The translations under genes and the position numbers were made by a program. A DNA stretch of 64,000 bases from Nemertoderma westbladi (taxonomy: Eukaryota; Animalia; Xenacoelomorpha): the NCBI GenBank assembly GCA_032718475.1, contig JAUCBJ010009095.1:1-64000 (forward strand), given 5' to 3'. Positions 54,501 through 64,000 of the stretch are shown one piece after another (position 1 is the first letter of the stretch; each line of letters opens with the position of its first letter). The notes below the pieces were generated by a model, which was given only the letters and a program-made list of their open reading frames with translations, ran no database searches and was not told where the DNA came from.

Positions 54501-57500
54501 GTAACAACTCCAGTAATAATAACAAATTCTTACCCCTCAATGTAACACAACTCCAGTAATAATAACAAATTCTTACCCATCAATGTAACAACTCCAGTAA
54601 TAATAACAAATTCTTACCCATCAATGTAACAACTCCAGTAATAATAACAAATTCTTACCCCTCAATGTAACAACTCCAGTAATAATAACAAATTCTTACC
54701 CCTCAATGTAACAACTCCAGTAATAATAACAAATTCTTACCCCTCAATGTAACAACTCCAGTAATAATAACAAATTCTTACCCCTCAATGTAACAACTCC
54801 AGTAATAATAACAAATTCTTACCCCACAATGTAACAACTCCAGTAATAATAACAAATTCTTACCCCTCAATGTAACAACTCCAGTAATAATAACAAATTC
54901 TTACCCCTCAATGTAACAACTCCAGTAATAATAACAAATTCTTACCCCTCAATGTAACAACTCCAGTAATAATAACAAATTCTTACCCATCAATGTAACA
55001 ACTCCAGTAATAATAACAAATTCTTACCCCTCAATGTAACAACTCCAGTAATAATAACAAATTCTTACCCCTCAATGTAACAACTCCAGTAATAATAACA
55101 AATTCTTACCCCTCAATGTAACAACTCCAGTAATAATAACAAATTCTTACCCCTCAATGTAACAACTCCAGTAATAATAACAAATTCTTACCCCTCAATG
55201 TAACAACTCCAGTAATAATAACAAATTCTTACCCCTCAATGTAACAACTCCAGTAATAATAACAAATTCTTACCCCTCAATGTAACAACTCCAGTAATAA
55301 TAACAAATTCTTACCCCTCAATGTAACAACTCCAGTAATAATAACAAATTCTTACCCCTCAATGTAACAACTCCAGTAATAATAACAAATTCTTACCCCT
55401 CAATGTAACAACTCCAGTAATAATAACAAATTCTTACCCCTCAATGTAACAACTCCAGTAATAATAACAAATTCTTACCCATCAATGTAACAACTCCAGT
55501 AATAATAACAAATTCTTACCCCTCAATGTAACAACTCCAGTAATAATAACAAATTCTTACCCCTCAATGTAACAACTCCAGTAATAATAACAAATTCTTA
55601 CCCCTCAATGTAACAACTCCAGTAATAATAACAAATTCTTACCCCTCAATGTAACAACTCCAGTAATAATAACAAATTCTTACCCCTCAATGTAACAACT
55701 CCAGTAATAATAACAAATTCTTACCCCTCAATGTAACAACTCCAGTAATAATAACAAATTCTTACCCCTCAATGTAACAACTCCAGTAATAATAACAAAT
55801 TCTTACCCCTCAATGTAACAACTCCAGTAATAATAACAAATTCTTACCCCTCAATGTAACAACTCCAGTAATAATAACAAATTCTTACCCCTCAATGTAA
55901 CTAACAACTCCAGTAATAATAACAAATTCTTACCCCTCAATGTAACAACTCCAGTAATAATAACAAATTCTTACCCCTCAATGTAACAACTCCAGTAATA
56001 ATAACAAATTCTTACCCATCAATGTAACAACTCCAGTAATAATAACAAATTCTTACCCCTCAATGTAACAACTCCAGTAATAATAACAAATTCTTACCCC
56101 TCAATGTAACAACTCCAGTAATAATAACAAATTCTTACCCCTCAATGTAACAACTCCAGTAATAATAACAAATTCTTACCCCTCAATGTAACAACTCCAG
56201 TAATAATAACAAATTCTTACCCCTCAATGTAACAACTCCAGTAATAATAACAAATTCTTACCCATCAATGATAACAACTCCAGTAATAATAACAAATTCT
56301 TACCCCTCAATGTAACAACTCCAGTAATAATAACAAATTCTTACCCCTCAATGTAACAACTCCAGTAATAATAACAAATTCTTACCCCTCAATGTAACAA
56401 CTCCAGTAATAATAACAAATTCTTACCCCTCAATGTAACAACTCCAGTAATAATAACAAATTCTTACCCCTCAATGTAACAACTCCAGTAATAATAACAA
56501 ATTCTTACCCCTCAATGTAACAACTCCAGTAATAATAACAAATTCTTACCCATCAATGTAACAACTCCAGTAATAATAACAAATTCTTACCCCTCAATGT
56601 AACAACTCCAGTAATAATAACAAATTCTTACCCATCAATGTAACAACTCCAGTAATAATAACAAATTCTTACCCCTCAATGTAACAACTCCAGTAATAAT
56701 AACAAATTCTTACCCATCAATGATAACAACTCCAGTAATAATAACAAATTCTTACCCCTCAATGTAACAACTCCAGTAATAATAACAAATTCTTACCCAT
56801 CAATGATAACAACTCCAGTAATAATAACAAATTCTTACCCATCAATGTAACAACTCCAGTAATAATAACAAATTCTTACCCCTCAATGTAACAACTCCAG
56901 TAATAATAACAAATTCTTACCCCTCAATGTAACAACTCCAGTAATAATAACAAATTCTTACCCCTCAATGTAACAACTCCAGTAATAATAACAAATTCTT
57001 ACCCCTCAATGTAACAACTCCAGTAATAATAACAAATTCTTACCCATCAATGATAACAACTCCAGTAATAATAACAAATTCTTACCCCTCAATGTAACAA
57101 CTCCAGTAATAATAACAAATTCTTACCCCTCAATGTAACAACTCCAGTAATAATAACAAATTCTTACCCCTCAATGTAACAACTCCAGTAATAATAACAA
57201 ATTCTTACCCCTCAATGTAACAACTCCAGTAATAATAACAAATTCTTACCCCTCAATGTAACAACTCCAGTAATAATAACAAATTCTTACCCCTCAATGT
57301 AACAACTCCAGTAATAATAACAAATTCTTACCCATCAATATAACAACTCCAGTAATAATAACAAATTCTTACCCCTCAATGTAACAACTCCAGTAATAAT
57401 AACAAATTCTTACCCATCAATATAACAACTCCAGTAATAATAACAAATTCTTACCCCTCAATGTAACAACTCCAGTAATAATAACAAATTCTTACCCATC

Positions 57501-60500
57501 AATATAACAACTCCAGTAATAATAACAAATTCTTACCCCTCAATGTAACAACTCCAGTAATAATAACAAATTCTTACCCCTCAATGTAACAACTCCAGTA
57601 ATAATAACAAATTCTTACCCCTCAATGTAACAACTCCAGTAATAATAACAAATTCTTACCCATCAATGTAACTAACAACTCCAGTAATAATAACAAATTC
57701 TTACCCATCAATGTAACTAACAACTCCAGTAATAATAACAAATTCTTACCCCTCAATGTAACAACTCCAGTAATAATAACAAATTCTTACCCATCAATGT
57801 AACTAACAACTCCAGTAATAATAACAAATTCTTACCCCTCAATGTAACAACTCCAGTAATAATAACAAATTCTTACCCATCAATATAACAACTCCAGTAA
57901 TAATAACAAATTCTTACCCCTCAATGTAACAACTCCAGTAATAATAACAAATTCTTACCCATCAATATAACAACTCCAGTAATAATAACAAATTCTTACC
58001 CATCAATATAACAACTCCAGTAATAATAACAAATTCTTACCCCTCAATGTAACAACTCCAGTAATAATAACAAATTCTTACCCATCAATGTAACTAACAA
58101 CTCCAGTAATAATAACAAATTCTTACCCATCAATGTAACTAACAACTCCAGTAATAATAACAAATTCTTACCCATCAATATAACAACTCCAGTAATAATA
58201 ACAAATTCTTACCCCTCAATGTAACAACTCCAGTAATAATAACAAATTCTTACCCATCAATGTAACTAACAACTCCAGTAATAATAACAAATTCTTACCC
58301 ATCAATGTAACTAACAACTCCAGTAATAATAACAAATTCTTACCCCTCAATGTAACAACTCCAGTAATAATAACAAATTCTTACCCCTCAATGTAACAAC
58401 TCCAGTAATAATAACAAATTCTTACCCCTCAATGTAACAACTCCAGTAATAATAACAAATTCTTACCCCTCAATGTAACAACTCCAGTAATAATAACAAA
58501 TTCTTACCCCTCAATGTAACAACTCCAGTAATAATAACAAATTCTTACCCCACAATGTAACAACTCCAGTAATAATAACAAATTCTTACCCGTCAATGTA
58601 ACAACTCCAGTAATAATAACAAATTCTTACCCATCAATATAACAACTCCAGTAATAATAACAAATTCTTACCCCTCAATGTAACAACTCCAGTAATAATA
58701 ACAAATTCTTACCCATCAATATAACAACTCCAGTAATAATAACAAATTCTTACCCCTCAATGTAACAACTCCAGTAATAATAACAAATTCTTACCCATCA
58801 ATATAACAACTCCAGTAATAATAACAAATTCTTACCCATCAATATAACAACTCCAGTAATAATAACAAATTCTTACCCATCAATATAACAACTCCAGTAA
58901 TAATAACAAATTCTTACCCATCAATGTAACTAACAACTCCAGTAATAATAACAAATTCTTACCCCTCAATATAACAACTCCAGTAATAATAACAAATTCT
59001 TACCCATCAATGTAACTAACAACTCCAGTAATAATAACAAATTCTTACCCATCAATGTAACTAACAACTCCAGTAATAATAACAAATTCTTACCCCTCAA
59101 TGTAACAACTCCAGTAATAATAACAAATTCTTACCCCTCAATGTAACAACTCCAGTAATAATAACAAATTCTTACCCCTCAATGTAACAACTCCAGTAAT
59201 AATAACAAATTCTTACCCCTCAATGTAACAACTCCAGTAATAATAACAAATTCTTACCCCTCAATGTAACAACTCCAGTAATAATAACAAATTCTTACCC
59301 CTCAATGTAACAACTCCAGTAATAATAACAAATTCTTACCCATCAATATAACAACTCCAGTAATAATAACAAATTCTTACCCCTCAATGTAACAACTCCA
59401 GTAATAATAACAAATTCTTACCCATCAATATAACAACTCCAGTAATAATAACAAATTCTTACCCCTCAATGTAACAACTCCAGTAATAATAACAAATTCT
59501 TACCCATCAATATAACAACTCCAGTAATAATAACAAATTCTTACCCCTCAATGTAACAACTCCAGTAATAATAACAAATTCTTACCCCTCAATGTAACAA
59601 CTCCAGTAATAATAACAAATTCTTACCCCTCAATGTAACAACTCCAGTAATAATAACAAATTCTTACCCCTCAATGTAACAACTCCAGTAATAATAACAA
59701 ATTCTTACCCATCAATGTAACTAACAACTCCAGTAATAATAACAAATTCTTACCCCTCAATGTAACAACACCAGTAATAATAACAAATTCTTACCCATCA
59801 ATGTAACTAACAACTCCAGTAATAATAACAAATTCTTACCCCTCAATGTAACAACTCCAGTAATAATAACAAATTCTTACCCCTCAATGTAACAACTCCA
59901 GTAATAATAACAAATTCTTACCCCTCAATGTAACAACTCCAGTAATAATAACAAATTCTTACCCATCAATGTAACAACTCCAGAAATAATAACAAATTCT
60001 TACCCATCAATGTAACAACTCCAGTAATAATAACAAATTCTTACCCCTCAATGTAACAACTCCAGTAATAACAACAAATTCTTACCCCACAATGTAACAA
60101 CTCCAGTAATAATAACAAATTCTTACCCCTCAATGTAACAACTCCAGTAATAATAACAAATTCTTACCCCTCAATGTAACAACTCCAGTAATAATAACAA
60201 ATTCTTACCCCTCAATGTAACAACTCCAGTAATAATAACAAATTCTTACCCCTCAATGTAACAACTCCAGTAATAATAACAAATTCTTACCCCTCCATGT
60301 AACAACTCCAGTAATAATAACAAATTCTTACCCCTCAATGTAACAACTCCAGTAATAATAACAAATTCTTACCCCTCCATGTAACAACTCCAGTAATAAT
60401 AACAAATTCTTACCCCTCAATGTAACAACTCCAGTAATAATAACAAATTCTTACCCCTCAATGTAACAACTCCAGTAATAATAACAAATTCTTACCCCTC

Positions 60501-60969
60501 AATGTAACAACTCCAGTAATAATAACAAATTCTTACCCCTCAATATAACAACTCCAGTAATAATAACAAATTCTTACCCCTCCATGTAACAACTCCAGTA
60601 ATAATAACAAATTCTTACCCCTCAATGTAACAACTCCAGTAATAATAACAAATTCTTACCCCTCAATGTAACAACTCCAGTAATAATAACAAATTCTTAC
60701 CCCTCAATGTAACAACTCCAGTAATAATAACAAATTCTTACCCATCAATGTAACAACTCCAATAATAATAACAAATTCTTACCCCTCAATGTAACAACTC
60801 CAATAATAATAACAAATTCTTACCCCTCAATGTAACAACTCCAGTAATAATAACAAATTCTTACCCCTCAATATAACAACTCCAGTAATAATAACAAATT
60901 CTTACCCCTCAATGTAACAACTCCAATAATAATAACAAATTCTTACCCCTCAATGTAACAACTCCAATA
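24581..60969. repeat. 41-bp satellite, ~885 assembled units (36.4 kb), filling the last intron of the VWA7-like gene
   Basis: Unit aacaaattcttacccctcaatgtaacaactccagtaataat; the minus strand reads ...GGAGTTGTTACATTGAGGG|gtaagaatttgttat; the last partial unit overlaps exon 60947-61034. Confidence 0.99.
39453..39552. other. Assembly gap (100 N) inside the satellite
   Basis: Run of exactly 100 N; true array length unknown. Confidence 0.99.
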
Positions 60970-61034
60970 CAACAAGATATATCAGTCCCAATTTGCACTG
61001 ATTCATTTAGTGGTTTATCTACAGACCAAATTAC
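60947..61034 (-). CDS. VWA7-like protein, penultimate exon
   Basis: ttttttatttcag|GTA...AGGG|gtaaga; 88 nt, phase 0-1; VIWSVDKPLNESVQIGTDISCCIGVVTLR(G); splicing yields SCC..V...VDVSGNAGEC, the VWA7-type C-terminal motif. Confidence 0.9.
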
Positions 61035-61219
61035 CTGAAATAAAAAAGTAGATTGATTATATTAGAAATTCACAATATTGTGGGTTGATAATGATTATAA
61101 ATAATAATCACAAGTAAAGAAGTAAGGTCTACGCGGTAGGTTTTGTGAAGCAAATACAACCAGTTAGTTACGATGCGACGCGATTAAACTCGATAAGTTT
61201 TATTAAATAACAATATAAC

Positions 61220-61396
61220 CTGGGTTTGTACCCCGTTTATTTCCTTTGAGATAGCCTTCAAACCTCCGCTGTCTGCGAAGGTTGCGTTCACGGTCCATCT
61301 CGCACCCAAACATATTTCAGTTTGGTTGTAATCCTTACAATCGGTTGCGTATGTTGAAGTCAATAATTCACATTTAGGACCAAAGCGATCAGGATT
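61220..61396 (-). CDS. VWA7-like protein, internal exon
   Basis: tattatag|AAT...CAG|gttata; 177 nt, phase 0-0; NPDRFGPKCELLTSTYATDCKDYNQTEICLGARWTVNATFADSGGLKAI matches the D...PxC..C..C....W.......D..GL pattern. Confidence 0.85.
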
Positions 61397-61832
61397 CTAT
61401 AATACGCCAGAATAAGCCAAATAAAGTATTGCACTGTTTCGTAATCTGTTTTTAACTTTTTTTCCAACATTTATAAACTCTTTCGCCCGACTTTGTAAAC
61501 TCAGAGGTAACTAACTTGGTAGTTTAATTGCACTGGTTTGCACAACGATTTACATCTATATTGGTTATTGTGAATTTGCGTTCGCCATGTAATTGCAAGG
61601 GGCAAGGCCCTTCAGCTAACCGTATATGACACTATAGGTCTATTGAACTGGCAGAATGTTTGTATGACTAATATAATGTATGTTCGTTGTTATAAAAACT
61701 AGTCCAACCAATTGAATTTGTTCTCTTAGTTTTTAAAAGTCGGTCGAACAATAAAAGTTGCCGTTCAGAATAACTACAGATGAATTTATTATCAACATAA
61801 TTTATGAAAGATGATTAATATGGTATACCAAC

Positions 61833-62001
61833 CGGATCCACAATTAGTATATTTCGTGTATGATATGCCGTAATCTCGGAACCGGAATCGTCAAACTGCA
61901 TAGCTCGGAATGTAACGGATGATATCACACCGTGTTCTGTTTCTGTGGTTGTTACCATAGAAACAAGGACTTTTTGAGTTTGATTTGGCGACATAGTAAA
62001 C
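61833..62001 (-). CDS. VWA7-like protein, internal exon (Ig-like beta-strand segment); upstream exons lie outside the window
   Basis: atttttatag|G TTT...CCG|gttggt; 169 nt, phase 2-0; FTMSPNQTQKVLVSMVTTTETEHGVISSVTFRAMQFDD...ILIVDP. Confidence 0.8.
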
Positions 62002-62059
62002 CTATAAAAATATGCAAACTGACTGTCTGGGTCCAAATGATTCAATAATCTCTGATACA

Positions 62060-64000
62060 ACTACTACTCTATAATCGGCCTGCTGCATTGAAGCTGCACA
62101 TTGAGATGCTATGCTGCTGGCTTAACATAAATATTTTTGCCACCACCATCCAATCCTCACGGTGAAAACAATGACCTTAAAAGCGGAGGCGATTTTGTTC
62201 TAGTGTCAAGCTTGGAGGAACCAATAAGACACCTCCAATGTTATATAGTGTCTGGTTGGAGATGTGTGCATTGTACTTGACACAGTGAACCCGGCGTAGC
62301 ATTCTTGTGAATGTGCCATCCAGAGATTTGGTGCCCTCAGCAGTTAGAACCCAGCATGGACTCCCATAGAGGCGTACTCGAACTACTGCTGTTCTAAATA
62401 ATCTGACCTCAAGATTCCGACGTATTCTGTGGGAGTTTCAAATCCTGAACAGTACATTTAATGATATCCGGTGATTTCAGATATCTGTCTGTATTTTTGG
62501 ATAACTCTTCAATTATCCTTCTAAGTGCCAATTTGGGCACCATGGTCCCACGACCTTTACGGAACCCATTCTGATATCCACGGAGCAGTCTCTCAATGGT
62601 ATCCCTGATGCGATTTAATAGAATTCTATTGTATAGCTTTGCAGCAATCGAGATCAATGAGATTCCCCGAAAAGAACCATCGAGTGTTAGGTTTCCCTTC
62701 TTGGGAACTGGCACCAACTAATTTGTTTTCATTTCTTGTGGGACTCTCGTCATTCTGTAGGCATACATGTTTATTAAGATTAGTGTAAATTAGCTCAAAA
62801 CACCCAGGTAATATAAAGACCTCAGGGGGAACACCATCTACTCCACTGGCACGATTGGTCTTAATGCTCTTTGCAGCAGCCTTCACTTCAGCGAAGGAGA
62901 TATCGCCGATGGGAATATCTTAATCTATCTTAATAGACTCTCCATGAAGGCAGTACAGCCCTCGCAGTTATCGTTTACCCCAGATGCAAGAGCATACGTG
63001 TTGCTTAGCTCTAGTGTGAAGCTGGATCTCACACTGGGCTGTTGCAATGGAGAGGACCAATCCAATCATGCCGTGGCAAGGTCGATTTCTTATTTTTGCT
63101 AGCGCGGAGACTAAGTCTTACCTTAACCACAATAAAACAATGATCACTAGTGAAGGTTCAAAGAGTAAATCATGTACAGAGCTCCTGTATTTCTTACGAA
63201 ACAAAATATGATCTATCTGGAACTTGTAACTACTGAATCCAGTTGTATCTACAACTTTCCAGTTCGCTTCTTGAACTGGGTCCAGTCGAACTATCCATTT
63301 CCAGAGATGAAATCTTGAAGATGCACTGAATTTCGGTTGACACTTTTGCTGTAGACCCATTGCGAAGTTTAGGAGCGCTGGAGACTGGCATTAAATTCAA
63401 CCATGAAAGATAAGAATGCATGCTGATCCACTCCATCAGTAGCTTCTTTAGATTGTGGTAGAAATTTTCCACCTCCTCTACTGGGTCAACTCTAGTTGTA
63501 GAGTAGCACACAATCAGGACACTTCTTAACCAGTCTTCCAGAATATGAGAAGTGGCAACGGATGATACGTTTGGAGATTTGTTCTATTTTGTGCTGCATA
63601 TGCAGTTGGATTCACCAATATACCAATTCCACCATTGCCACTATCATCTGCTGATGCGAGGACAAGTGCGCCAACCGCCCCCAATGCCCTTAATCAGCAC
63701 CGCATCAGTCTGTATTCGGTACTCTTGAATACCCACTCCGTTAAGAGAAAGCTTATCTGGCAAGGCAGTCAGGTCACCTTGTCGCATTGGGGACCCGAGT
63801 GTTAGGGTGTTTACTGAGGCTAGTCTAGTGACTTTTTGCCTCAGATTCACCAATGGCTTTGTTGGTCGGGGTGGAACATGAGAGTAGCCTCCTACTCCAG
63901 AATCCCTCTCCCCCTCACAATCTGGCCTCCCTGGTGACCCTGGGTTTGGGCCAGAAATGTCACCAGGAAAGGGAATTTTTCGCTGCTCGCTCTCCAGTGG
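62060..64000 (-). mobile_element. Decayed RTE-clade-like LINE (APE and partial RT) in a VWA7-like intron
   Basis: APE motifs CYSTT..EVENFY and QIDHILFRKKYRSSVHD; RT N-terminal motifs ASGVDGVPPE, PVPKKGNL..FRGISL and QNGFRKGR; C-terminal LYGSPCWVLT..LDGTFTRMLRR; several frameshifts; short (TAG)n 3' tail. Confidence 0.9.

Noticed and set aside
24581-60946. Canonical recursive-splice (AG|GT) sites or 15-nt microexons in each 41-bp unit
   Set aside because: The donor is preceded by GGG, not YAG; the only upstream AGs are GAG without a polypyrimidine tract, and inter-unit introns would be 26 nt
16971-60969. CRISPR-like interpretation of the 41- and 45-bp arrays
   Set aside because: Head-to-tail units with no unique spacers, no cas genes, and a eukaryotic context

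Overview
AT-rich, intron-containing eukaryotic (invertebrate-like metazoan) DNA, about three quarters tandem repeat; nearly all long ORFs in the supplied track are repeat artefacts. Reading splice junctions by hand gives three genes the track misses or mis-bounds. (1) A minus-strand 4-exon gene (5240 to <1): basic NLS-like start, Tudor domain, ~68 in-frame 10-aa repeats, acidic Ser-rich linker, and the start of a C2H2-type zinc finger. (2) A complete 2-exon RPS29 (13460-16718, +) with an unusual Gly->Cys change. (3) The last four exons of a minus-strand VWA7-like membrane protein (62001 to 23961). Its final intron (>=36.6 kb, with a 100-N gap) is almost entirely ~885 copies of a 41-bp unit that duplicates the gene's own exon/intron junction, so essentially every unit carries a 5' splice site. 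A second satellite (45 bp, ~5 kb) was seeded at a transposon TSD/TIR junction. Also present: MITEs, a decayed Merlin-like transposase, a probable solo LTR, a tRNA-derived SINE head, a decayed RTE-type LINE, and apparent transposon excision footprints. Family assignments are from motif recognition only; no database searches were run.
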